From positions 622,477 to 686,476 of the forward strand of contig NMRA01000212.1 of assembly GCA_002633005.1 (NCBI GenBank): a stretch of DNA of 64,000 bases, given 5' to 3'. Made by a program: the position numbers and the translations under genes. Shown here in pieces: positions 44,051 through 56,948 of the stretch (the first letter of the stretch is position 1; each line of letters starts with the position of its first letter). The notes under the pieces were generated by a model. That model was given only the letters and a program-made list of their open reading frames with translations, was not told the DNA's origin and did no database searches. The DNA is from Phoronis australis (taxonomy: Eukaryota; Animalia; Phoronida).

Positions 44051-47000
44051 TAAAGCTCCAAAAGCCGGAAGCTTTTCGGCAGATTATGCCTCACACTGAT
44101 TGAACCATCAAAGCCACAATGTTATAAGTGCCTTTTGTGCATAGAGGGACACCTTAGGAGATCATCGATGTCTAATTCCTTCCAACTAGAACAAACACTC
44201 CCGTAACCAAACTTTCTTCAAGCAATCCTTTGTTCAGTTGTCTGAATTGGCAGCTGGCCATTTTTAACACTGCACATGCTCCTGGTGGCGCATTATGAGA
44301 CGTGAATTTTGGTCTTGCATAAACATTGGCTTTCCAGGATAGGTTTGTCATCAAAACGTTTTTGAAGAAATTTGCAATTTTTTACCCTCACATAATAAAA
44401 TACTTTCCATTTATGTGACCTTCATAAGAATTCACGAAGTCAACTTTCAAAAGAAATCTGCTGTTAATCCCAGTTTCAAAAATACTAACTCGGTCATTTC
44501 CATTTCCATTGATAACGAGTGAAACGCAGTTGAGTGACTGCCAAATATGGACCTTACGTAGGTCAGTTTTGATTGATTCCCATAAGACACGGTTTCTCAA
44601 ACCATGATCCTAACTTTTTAGCAAATTCACTTTTGTGTAAGAAAAAATAGATTTGTTTAAAAAGTGTTGATATTATTGCATCATCTGGGAATGAAAGTGA
44701 TTAAGACCCAAAGTAATGTAATTGCAGTTGCACTTGTCGAGATCAAGAATGTTTTTGAAAGGGTAGACATTTTGTGAAAACAATATTTAGAAAGAGGTTT
44801 GCATGTATTGACTCATTTCATGATGATCGTCCGGTTTACTTGACATTGAATTTCACACCTGCTTATGATCTACAAAAATAGTTTTGTGTCTTTCAGCTAC
44901 AGTATTTGTAAGCATGTATTGTCTGACATATTTCACATCTAGTCAGAACGCCATGCATTTTTTTGTTATTAGCTTTGGAGTGTAATGTTTTCTGTGTTAT
45001 TACAAAAATCTGAAAGTCCCTAGCGTTATATGACAACTTGATCTTTGCAGGACGGACTGGATGATAGCCCTGACCTCTTGGAGGAAGATAAGGTACGGTG
45101 AGGTTGTCCTTGGTAAACTGTTATTTGTCATATAAGATTTTGTTATTCTTGTGTTTATAAGTTTCTAAGTATGAAATATTCACAACTTTGAAAGAAGAAA
45201 AAAAATTATCTCTACAGTTGCTCTGTTGTCATTATACCTTTGTGCTATATTCTCAGTTGATGCACTGCACTACTTTAGACATAAAGAACCCCATGGTTGC
45301 AATTTGCAATGTGCTGTAGGTGTGGATATCAACAAATATCTATCAGTGTGTGCTCTTCACTTCTTAACATTGGGGTCCATTGGACCCACCTTCATTAAAG
45401 AACCTCAGGATTGCAATCCTATACGTGCTGTATATGGATGTCGTCAAATATCTTCATCAGTGCACTACACTTCTAAACATTCAGGTCCATTGTACCTCCC
45501 TTGAAAATTTTTTTGGGTTCCATGAAACTGCAGAAATCATTCAGAACATTCATTTTGGACAAAGTTTTAACCTTTGACGCAAGTAACACTTAGCAGAGTA
45601 CACATACCATTCAGAGTTCATGACCCACGCAATGCAATTGTAGCGGGAGTGGTTTAAGAGAGTAACCAAGAGAATAAAGGGATGAATCTCAGTTTTAGTG
45701 TTGTTTCTTAGAGCCTAACAAAAATTGCATCCCAGGTGACCTCATAACGTCAACATTGGCCTTTTTTAGTTGGAGCGTCAAATGCTGCAAAATGCAACCT
45801 GGGGGATCTGTCTTATAGTTAGATTTTTGATACGAGTTGTTCAGTTGTGGTGTTGAGAATCTAAACAGTTGGAGGATAGGTTTAGTTATTGTTCTTACTA
45901 TAATGTGTCGATTCCTTTCAGAAGACGAGATCAGAGAGTGTGGATATTCACACAGACACATCGTTGATGGTTGATATATCTGATGCTTTGAGTGAAAGAG
46001 ACAAGGTCAAGTTCACAGTGCATACAAAGGTAACATCTGTTGAAGGTTTATGTAGTCTTGGCTTTGTGCTTTGAGATTAGAGCGTGACTTTGCAGCTGTA
46101 TAAATTGATGTATGATGGAAAAGCTGTTTGACTTCCGAAATTTAGTTCCTTGTGAAAATTTAGTTATTTTAGGATCACCTTTGCCAAGGAAATCTGTTGA
46201 AATTAGCCAAAATGGGTGCATTAGTTTTCACTTCCGTGGGACCCATTCATGAAAGTATTTCCCTTAGGTTTTAGCAACTCTTTGAACTGTGGTAGTTGAT
46301 CGGCCCTCAAGTCATGATACCAGACATAAGACAGCAAGAATTCTTGACTATGGACTAGAGTAATGTATGGATTTAGCCTTGATTTGGAAACACTTCAAGT
46401 TGAAACCAAATGGGAGGTTTTTGTAAATATATTAAAATGTGTGAATTATTACAATTGATTTCCTCAGTCATGCATTTAAGTTGAATTTTACAATTCTTGC
46501 GTCTTGTCTTTGATGCTCTCATGTACGATTTGTGAAATTTTCAATGATTACAGACTACACTCGCAAGCTTCCAGGAGCCAGATTTCTCTGTCGTTCGTCA
46601 ACATGAGGAGTTTGTGTGGTTACATGACAGATATGTTGAGAACGAAGACTACGCAGGAATTGTGGTAGGTGAACGCGTATAATTCCCATCAGTTGAGTCC
46701 AAGCGGACCGAGAAATTTTATCCGAATAAGGGCCAAGTACACATATTACATCAACTGTGCCACAGAACTTTGTCCCAGTTAAGCAAAAAAGTACAACTTA
46801 AGCATAAAGTGCGTTTTACTGTTGTGTCCATTTCTTAAGAGCAAATCAGTGTNTGCATACAAAGGTAACATCTGTTGAAGGTTTATGTAGTCTTGGCTTT
46901 GTGCTTTGAGATTAGAGCGTACTGATTAATTTAGTGCTTAAATTCCTAACATACAATTTTGAAAGTCATGAATTTGATTTCTCAATCACAACAAACTATT

Positions 47001-50000
47001 GTTGCCAATTGGCTGAACTCTCTGCAAAGTTTCTTTCGTAATTCTTTCATCTTTGAGCCTGATGTTGATGTGACTGGGTAAAAGTAGAAAACCTTCAGGC
47101 ACTGATTGCACTTTCACAGCACTTTGTACTTTGTCTATAGATTTCAAGAAGAACTGCTGTCCTCACGAAGCCTCTTTATCAGGAACATGGATTTTAAGCT
47201 CATTTAGTGTTGAGTGAAGCAGTTATGATAGACAGACTGACTTTGCAGCTGTATAAATTGATGTATGATGGAAAAACTGTTTGACTTCCGAAATTTAGTT
47301 CCTTGTGAAAATTTAGTTATTTTAGGATCACCTTTGCCAAGGAAATCTGTTGAAATTAGCCAAAATGGGTGCATTAGTTTTCACTTCCGTGGCACCCATT
47401 CTTGAAAGTATTTCCCTTAGGTTTTAGCAACTCTTTGAACTGTGGTAGTTGATCGGCCCTCAAGTCATGATACCAGACATAAGACAGCAAGAATTCTTGA
47501 CTATGGACTAGAATAATGTATGGATTTAGCCTTGATTTGGAAACACTTCAAGTTGAAACCAAATGGGAGGTTTTTGTAAATATATTAAAATGTGTGAATT
47601 ATTACAATTGATTTCCTCAGTCATGCATTTAAGTTGAATTTTACAATTCTTGCGTCTTGTCTTTGATGCTCTCATGTACGATTTGTGAAATTTTCAATGA
47701 TTACAGACTACACTCGCAAGCTTCCAGGAGCCAGATTTCTCTGTCGTTCGTCAACATGAGGAGTTTGTGTGGTTACATGACAGATATGTTGAGAACGAAG
47801 ACTACGCAGGAATTGTGGTAGGTGAACGCGTATAATTCCCATCAGTTGAGTCCAAGCGGACCGAGAAATTTTATCCGAATAAGGGCCAAGTACACATATT
47901 ACATCAACTGTGCCACAGAACTTTGTCCCAGTTAAGCAAAAAAGTACAACTTAAGCATAAAGTGCGTTTTACTGTTGTGTCCATTTCTTAAGAGCAAATC
48001 AGTGTCGTTAGCTGATTTTCAAATTTGGCTACAGTGAGAGAAGCCTTTGATGTGAGATGACTCAGTAATGCCTGCAGCATTTTAAGAGTGATTTTTTCAG
48101 TGCTTGCTATCCGCGTGTATATCAATGTTGAGATCACCTGACATTTTGGTCAAAGTGAAGACGTCTGCTTTTTTCATTTTTCATCTGTTCCCTCCGTCAA
48201 TGCAGTTTTTAGCATTTTCACTAGAAATACCATGTACCACAGCAGAGGACTCACAATTCCATTTGTTATGGCATAAGTATAAATTAATCCTCGATGTTCT
48301 TGATAAAGTGACATAAATTTCAGTTTGTGGAAATTTCTGTTGAAGCCAATAGCCACTTACAGGGATTTGGGATTTTGAGAACCAGTTTGATGCCCATTAT
48401 GTGTTAGAGAAAACTGGTTCTCAATGTCTGGGACTCCTGTAAGTGATTATTACCAAACTGAGTTTGACTGAGCCAAATCCCAGGACTGCATTAAACTGGT
48501 TTGCTGTAAGGCGTTGTTGCAACTAATCAATGTTACACTGTATTTACTGTAGATTCCACCGGCTCCTCCCAGGCCCGACTTTGATGCGTCGAGAGAGAAA
48601 CTTCAGCGTCTCGGCGAGGGTGAAGGGACGATGACTAAAGAGGAGTTTGCAAAAATGAAGCAAGAACTTGAAGCGTGAGTATCTGAACACGCATCGGAAC
48701 TTTTTTAATGTAGAATTATACTTGACTTTTTACTCAGTAATTAATTTGGAAATATACTCTTTATACGTCTAATTTCATGGATGAGGTTTAGTGTGTATGA
48801 TGTATCATGTTATGGTATTGTCTTTAGTGCTTTGGCCAAAGTATTCTGCAAGTTTTTAATGGCTTTCGAATATTCTGTGGCCTGCAGGTTTTTAGATTGG
48901 TCAAAGACTTGTTGACATTGTTTTGACCCAGTTCATTGTTTGGAAAGCTGCTTTAGCTTGATTTTCCTTGGCTTCAAAATCCAGGCACCAATACATGTTC
49001 AGTATTCGCCAGGGACTCTACATAGTATTCAAACAAGATCCTCCATTCCAGCCTGTGAATTGTTAGTGTTACAACTCGCGCTCCACCTGCTTTCACCTCT
49101 TCACCACGCTTTATACCGTCTACTGTCAGACATTGAGCATCTCTGTGTTTGAAATGTTGCACTGCACAATCAAGGGCTGGCTTGGATGACCATGGCCATT
49201 TCTGCCTGGGCAAATAGCAAGAACAGCAAAATATGTGCACTCTGAAATGAGCATCACAAATGAATGTTTATGCTTCTAAATAGTCCACCAAGACCTTAAC
49301 AAACAAGGTCTTGTGTGGAGGTATGTTTAGTACATTTGTTGTCAATTTAATATGTTTTAGTAATTAAAATTCATCAATGAATCCATTTAGTTTAATTACT
49401 ACAGGTGTTTAGCTGTGTCTTAAATGCCCATAGTCAAACTAGCGATCTGACACAAAAACGCCCCATGCCTCCAATTTGCTTGTGTAGTGGTAGACTCATT
49501 TTAAGTGGGTTGGACAGTGGTATGCGATATGAAGCTTGTTAAAACTGTTCACCTTTGATTTCATTTCAGTGAGTATTTAGCAACATTTAAGAAAACAGTT
49601 GCCATGCATGAAGTATTTCTCCAGCGCTTAGCCGCACACAGCACCCTTAGAAATGATGTCAACTTTAAAGTTTTTCTCGAGTACAAGAAAGATGTAAGTT
49701 GTAGATCTGTTTATGGCAAGTTTTCAATAAACACCATGTGACCGGCCTTTATTTCGAACACTTTACAACTGCAGGCTCATGAGAATACGTTTGGAGTCAC
49801 ATTTAAACATTTTAGGATTTCCTAAAATGGGCAGTGTGGATATGTGCCAAATTTCAAAGTCGAGGCTTCATGAAAAACAACCTAGTTTATTTCATCACAA
49901 TTTAGGGCCTTTCTACGAAATAAAGTTCACTAACTGCAGTTAATAGTGTAGGCTCTGTTTCCGAGAGTACACCCAGGCTTAAACTTCGGGCGTACTAGAC

Positions 50001-53000
50001 AAAGAAAAAATATGCAGTCTTCTGAATATATGCCCAGTATAGGTTTTGTATAATTACTTCTTTAACCAAACAGTGATAAACTAACCAAGGTCATTGCAGC
50101 AGCTGACTCGAGCCAACTTTTTGTTCATTTTGGCATTAGTTGCAATCCATTAAATCAGTTTAAGAGCAGTTTCATTGACATACTGACATGTTGTTGTGGG
50201 AGTGTTTGTCTTTTTCTGAAACACAGCGTTTCAAATTTATGATATACCAAAAAAGTATGAGACTTTTTCGATCTACAAATTTCTGTTTGATATTTCATTC
50301 GTAATTTGCCAGGATTGCCATTTTTTTAAGTTCACGTAAATGGCAAACTCTGATTATAGTTTTACATTACTTTCATTCAGTCTGTGACTTGCTCTAGTTT
50401 GCATAAATATGACTGTTCACCTGTCACCTGCCTCTCTCTGTGTTGCAGTTGAGTGTAAGAGACAAGAATAGGACTGAGAAACTAAAGAGTTTTTTCAGTA
50501 ATGTTACAAAGACTGCAGATGAAGTGCTATTAGCCAATCAGAAGGTAAACTTTTCTATTTCTTTTCTATTTTGTGGTGTTTATTAAACTCTGTCATTTAC
50601 CTTGTCATCAGAACTGAGTTTGAGACAAATAATTGTTATTTTTTTTATATTGAATGACGCTTGACCTTTGTTGAACAATTTGGTGACGGTTCCTCTGATT
50701 GCTCAGTTGATCGGTCAAACTCTCGTGCGAAAGTAACCCAACATACACAGTTTTTTACTGGCTGAAGCAGTTACAGATATTGGGTTATGAATTTCTTTCA
50801 TCACTTTGACTAAGCTGACATAAGTATACTCTTCCCATGCATTCTCACAAACACAAGAATTTCAGACACATTTGATTTCATAAACAACATATTCCTTGTG
50901 AGTCACTCCGTCTTCTCAGTTGACCTCTGTGTCCTGACCTCTGTGTCCTGACATGATGTATATTTTGTGATTTAAGGAAGTAAACTATCGAACACATCTG
51001 TATCTGCTGTGAATTTTGGTGTTTTGCATGTTCAAGTATTATTCATTTCCTAGTGTTTCTGTACGTTTGATCTTGATTAGCTCACAGTCCAGGAAAAAAG
51101 GCCGTGCAAGAATATGGTGGTTTGTTGAGTATTAGATAAAACTGATGCATACTGCAGTGTCTTGATTCATCTATTCCCCAGTCATGTAATATTTGATGGA
51201 GACCTCCAACTGTGTCTGCTTTGGTTTTTTTAAGACATGGTTACTACAATTACAAGTATGTGATCTTACAAAAGTGCTTCTTTCTTTGACGCATGACTTG
51301 TTCAGCCAGTGTTGTGGTTTTCATCTGCTGATTTGTGTCTTACACGACAGGACTCTGACGAATTCTTTGAGCAAGAAAAGAGCTTTCTCGTGGAATATCA
51401 CACAAGAATCAAGGAAAGCACATCAAAAGCTGATAAAATGACGCGATGTCATAAAAGTAAGTGTCTTTCATGTCTGAAAAGTTGCTAAGCATGAGCAAGA
51501 AGCTCCATCTAGTGTTAGAGCATGGAACTGCTGTTTTTATCGGTAAGGCTGAATGCCATAATGGTTTTGGGGTATAAAATGACTACACGTTTCAGCTCAC
51601 TGCTTTCAGCTTGCTATGTTAAAGATTAGTCGTTTCCTAAATGATATATAATTTCCAATCTAAAAAAGGTACTAGTAGGACAAATTTTATAAGTGATAAA
51701 CTGTCTCGAGTGTTTATCGCAAACATTTTAAGTCTGGTTTCCATGCCACCTGTTGGCGACATCACATGACCTATTGAATATATGTTGAATATGTGTGAAT
51801 ATGTAAATCTTAAACTGGCATGGAAATGTAGATCACAAACAACTTAAGGTCTGGTCTGCATGACACCTGTTGGTCACATCACTTAACCTATCGAATATAA
51901 GTTTTAAAAAGATCTCTGGCCCGACCAGGACTCGAACCTGGGTCCTTCTGCTAACTGTGCAGACATTCTAGTCCACTGAGCCATTGGGACCACTGGTCGA
52001 ACACAGAAATCCAATCAAACTTAGTAGTGGGCATCCCACCAGTTTAAGATTTACATATTCACATACACTCAGGAGTTCAAGGGCGGAATGCCTACTATTA
52101 AGTTTTAAAAGCCAATTTCCCATAAATCCCTACTCCGTGGTCTGCTGTTTCATAGACACGTAAAAACGTCAATATCATTTCCCTGTTCATTGCCTCATAG
52201 CAGTTCATTCAATTAAATCTTTATGTTCAGATGTTGCTGACTCCTACATCCGCATTTCATCGGGAATGGTGCAGTTGGCCACACTGGAGAACACGAACCT
52301 GGACAGGTAGGTTGTCACCTTAACCATGGCTGTGTTAAAGCCATGTTCTTGAAGTTATGAAATGCAGTTGCATGTGCAAAACAACATTGTGGTGAAATAT
52401 TAATTTAATGCATATCATCGATAAGCCTCTGTAATGTAAAACTGGTTATCTACGATCTTAATAAACCACCTCAACTCTCTCTAAGTGATATATCGAAAAA
52501 AACTAAGCCGTGTCAACCATTAAAAGTATGTATTTTCTGAAAGGTGAAAGATCGCAGATTCTAAAAATATGCTTTATGCTTCTTAGCACTGTGTTTTTGT
52601 TATTGTCACGGGACCACGTTTTTTAAGTCAAATTTTTATGTGCAAGATAGGTACATTCATAGCAAAAAAACCTCACAGCTGATTTTACTAAATTAAAAAA
52701 TTTTTTTAAATGAAAACTATATGTCTCAAAATCATAACAGCTGCATTGTGTAGACTCAAGGCAATTGCAAGAAAAGTTCTGTGCGATCTTGTTGTTAGCT
52801 TGCAATGTGTAGCAGCATTTTGTGAAGATATGCATAATCCTACTTTTTTGCGAGTTCCAATTGTCTGTGGAATTCACCCTTGGACATTTGAAGTAATTTT
52901 GTGACGTAACACCTGGAAATTGAACTTTTCAGAACATCAGTGATGACTACATTACAAACAGCTCAAATGAAGTATTTATTTTCACCGTTATTTCTTGTCC

Positions 53001-56000
53001 ATTCCTGTCAGTTAAGTTTGTTGTTCGCAAATTTTTTAATATTCCCAAGCAATTTCTTACTGTGCATTTCTACTAAATTGTAGGTTATTTCAGAAAGTTG
53101 CAGACACTTTCGAAAGAGCACGAGTGAGTATTGCCAAAGGGGTTTGTTAGTTGAGGGCGTTACACTAAACATTGTGTAGCTCTTTAAATATGAAATGTTT
53201 CTTGTGGTCACAAAGCCAACGTTGCAAACATGCCACCAAGTCACATATGTGTGGAGGCTATGTCTTGGAAGTTATCGTAAGTTCAGAGCTAGACAGGAAT
53301 GCTGGCTTGTTGATTTAAAATCAGATGGCACATTTTTGAAAATCTCCATTTATGATTTGAACTGTTTTGATGGAAGCTTTTAGTTGTTGATAAAATGATA
53401 TGTCAACAATTTATACGCAGCTTATTTCACAGGATGTTTTTTTGCAACTTAAGTCCTCTTTGCTGTACGTTATTTTACAGTGCACTGTACCTGTGTCGAT
53501 ATAATTGCAGAAACTTGAGGGCAGGGTAGCCTCAGATGAAGACTTGAAACTGTCTGATACTTTGCGCTACTACCAGCGAGACTCATCAGCTGCTAAAGAC
53601 TTACTGTATAGAAGGGCTAGGGCCTTGGCAAATCTGACTGAGGCTAACCAAAAGTTAGATAAAGCGAGAGCAAAGAATAAGGACGTACAAAGTGTAAGTT
53701 GTGTCTAAGACAGGTTAGATAAAAGCTTTCATTTTTTTGTGGGACAGATTTGAGAGGGGGGAAGGGGAAGGGACGGAGGGAGGGTTTTAAGAATTGCATA
53801 TTTATATACATTGGACATGAATTGGAATTAATAGCATGAATAAACAAGTAAACCTATTAACATCTTTATATAAAATAAAGTGGATAAAGTGGTGCTACAT
53901 GTCAGAATTGTCATATTTAAGCTATAAATATGTAATTAACAAATACTGAAGATGGGCATAAGACGGATTAAGTTAAAAAGATATTATTTTTGGGACAGAG
54001 TTGTTCTAATGTCGTTCGTAGGATTTGTCACTGGGTCAAACATGTGTTATGGTATCTTCTTTGGAGACCACTTAGCTTTGAATTAATTACTGAATTTAAT
54101 TAAGAGCATTTTCCTGTTGTCAAACCCATGTTAACTTGAACTTTGTGAAAATGTTATTTATAATTCAAAGAGTTCCCCTTCAAGAGTTTGAATATGTGTG
54201 CAAGGGATATTGATCAGTTACTCAGCAATGTATACTTGTATTAAAAATGTTAGTTAACCGACATTGGGTTTTCCTATGCTGATTACAAACAGTTTCCTTG
54301 TTTCAGTTTCCTTGTTTCAGACCTTTTCTTCAATATTTTGGAACACGAATGCCAATTTACATCACTATGAACTAAGCTCTCAGGGCATCAGAAATGCCGT
54401 GCTTATCATTGTAAAGTCCATGTAGCTATAATTACTGTGCATTTGTTGACATTCACAGGCCGAGTCAACACAGCAAGCATACTCAGAAAAATTTGAGAAA
54501 ATGTCAGAGCGTGCAAAACAAGGTAAGTTAACACTTTCAGTTTCATGTAACTGATTTCTCTACAGTCAGTCATGTGTTGTATAATGTCTCTGCAGTCTTA
54601 ATGTTAAAACTGCATTTCTTTCAGTTAAGCTGGGTTCGAAAAATCAAAATTGAAGCTAGGTTACTTACCTGTACAAAGTCAGTATCGAAACTTTCTATTC
54701 TGTGGTCATTGGAATTTATTTCAATTGTCAGGAAGAACATCTTGATTTATTGTACCCTTTTTTGTGTTTTCTATTTCCTTGAAGCTGATTGACTGATTTA
54801 TTATTGAAATGGATTTTGTATAACATAAATACTATGTTTATGAGCAGTTGTTCTCACTTTTCTGCTGCTAATTTGGTCAAAAACCAACATTGTAAACATC
54901 TTGAATATTTACAAATGTTTGTTCTTTTTGGGGTAAACAAACCCTGGTGCTAGCTAATCCTTCCCACATTGTGATCAATTCAGTACAATCACAAGTCATC
55001 TCTCAGTTCCAACTGAATGTTGAATCCAATTCTGCCTTGGTAAGAAATATTTGTCTAGAATATTTGGACAGTATTTGCAGCTTTAAGTGATGACATTTTG
55101 CTTTAGAACGGTGCCTGTCTTGCTATGAAACCAGTTGTTTGCACACATGCAGCATGCTAAAAAGTTATTGGTTAAGTTTAACGTCATGATGAATTTAGGT
55201 TTTTTGCACATGATTCTCTACCATTTTCATGCATTAGTCTCTTGCATTGAAAAGTATTACACCTATTGTAATGAGAGGCGATGCGGACGCTGGTGTAAGA
55301 GAAGCTACGTCGCGTCTGTCCATTGGTGTAAGGAAATGTTTATCGGATGCTGATCGTTTCCATTTTATTTTCACTCAGAATTGCAAGACTTCAAAAGTAG
55401 AAGAATTCAACACTTCCGCAAGAACTTAATAGATTTAGTCGAACTGGAGCTTAAGCATGCAAAGGTATGAATTGGAAATTTTGAAAACTAGAATTTCTTA
55501 TTTAATCTAGTTTTTCAGCATGAGGGGCACTAAAGGCACCTCACGATGTGTCAACTCTCTGTTTCACGTACCTTCACAGGATGAGTCATACATTTACCTC
55601 TCCATAAGTGAAAATGTTGCTGTCATGACCCTTGGTGAGACAATCTCTCGCTCTGTTGTTGGTGAAACTCTCTCTCTCTCTCGTAGCCTTTATTATTATA
55701 GAATGAAATGTTATTAAATTTAATGCTTGGTTAAATGTTTAACCAGTTGGCACATGGTCAAGCATTTTCTTGCTTATCACCCCATCATCATCTACTGTGT
55801 GTGCTTCAAGTGGTGACAACTGTCATCGGTTCTTTGCTCCTCAGTTGCATCAGGGTCATTTAAACTCATTGTCATAATGGTAGCCTAGTGTGGTGATGGA
55901 GGTGTTGAGTCACTTACCCCAAATGTCCAGTAGAGACGGAGACAGTCCAGCTTTTACTCGATCTTTTTGCAGACATCATTTCTTTTCTGACCTGCAAAGA

Positions 56001-56948
56001 CTATCAGTAAAATCTCCTCAATTTAGGACAAAAATAATTTCCAAAAATGCCCTTGTTTCATTTTTCAAGTTCCGCTATCATTGGTGTGAGTTCCCAAGAA
56101 GTTTCAAAATGTTTTTAGTAGTTATGGTGCAGAATTTATATATGACGCTGCATCATTTTGTTGTTTTGTATTGTTTATGAACAAATGAGGAAATAAAGTT
56201 TCACCTGTCCACCATATCGGGTCCTAAATTATTGAGATTTTATCGTAGTTTCAAATCTCAACCCATTACTTAAAAGGTGCATTGTCACTACTGGTGTTGA
56301 CTCACTATCCACTTTCATTAATAGAGTTGGCTAAAGTTTTTTTAGTGTTATCTGGTTTTCTCGGACTCTTATCTTTCTGTATGTTGTCGTTCGCTGTGTT
56401 TTCCTGGTCCATTTTAACGTTGCATACAATGAGGAACTCAAAATTCACCAGGTGTCACAAGTGAAGCAAGGGACCTTACCATAGAAGTGTCCGCATTTAC
56501 GGAAATCACACGGGTCTCTTATCACATGAACACTCTCATGTTGATGAATTACCTTCTGCTCTCAATCTATTCAGTCATAAAAAGAAGGACTTTTACTCAT
56601 GAGCACCACCTGGTGAATATCGAGTCGTTCATTATGGTGAAGTGAAAGTGACAGTCAAACGATTAAGTTTCTCGTGTCTCATTTCTGCTTTAAAACAAGG
56701 TGCACATATAAGTGAAGGTGTGGTTGACTACATCACCTTAGTATTGTTGAACCACAGTTGATCAAAGCCAAGGGAACAATAAAATGAAACCTGGAATGTG
56801 ACTCTTTAAGAAAACCAGCCATCTGTTATAGCTTGAAACTGCTTTCTTTTCCAACAAGCATTATCTTTTGTCAGTCTCGTCTTTCTGCTTACAGGCCCAA
56901 GTTCAGCTGATAAGGAATACAGTGCAAGCTATCAAAGAAGAAGTATGA
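44047..56948 (+). CDS. SNX6: Sorting nexin 5/6 (PX-BAR, SNX6-like), about 404 aa
   Basis: Exons: 44047-44049 (ATG-only, tentative), 45051-45092, 45922-46029, 46554-46664 (duplicate at 47707-47817), 48553-48674, 49570-49693, 50449-50544, 51351-51456, 52231-52306, 53084-53123, 53511-53693, 54459-54522, 55379-55464, 56895-56948. Motifs: [98 protein letters not shown]. Confidence 0.95.
46019..48005. repeat. About 830-bp duplication around a single N, including an SNX5/6 exon
   Basis: 46019-46852 recurs at 46854-48005, with n at 46853. The second copy has 318 extra bp (46921-47238). Confidence 0.85.
51917..51991 (-). mobile_element. tRNA-derived SINE head or pseudo-tRNA
   Basis: Minus strand reads GGTCCCAATGGCTCAGTGGACTAGAATGTCTGCACAGTTAGCAGAAGGACCCAGGTTCGAGTCCTGGTCGGGCCA. 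A box, B box, T stem and anticodon stem are present, but the acceptor has a C:C mismatch and U33 is absent. Confidence 0.7.

Noticed and set aside
51917-51991. Functional tRNA gene (Thr-AGT)
   Set aside because: U33 is absent, the acceptor stem is mismatched, the D arm is poor, and it is embedded in a repeat. Treated as SINE or pseudo-tRNA.
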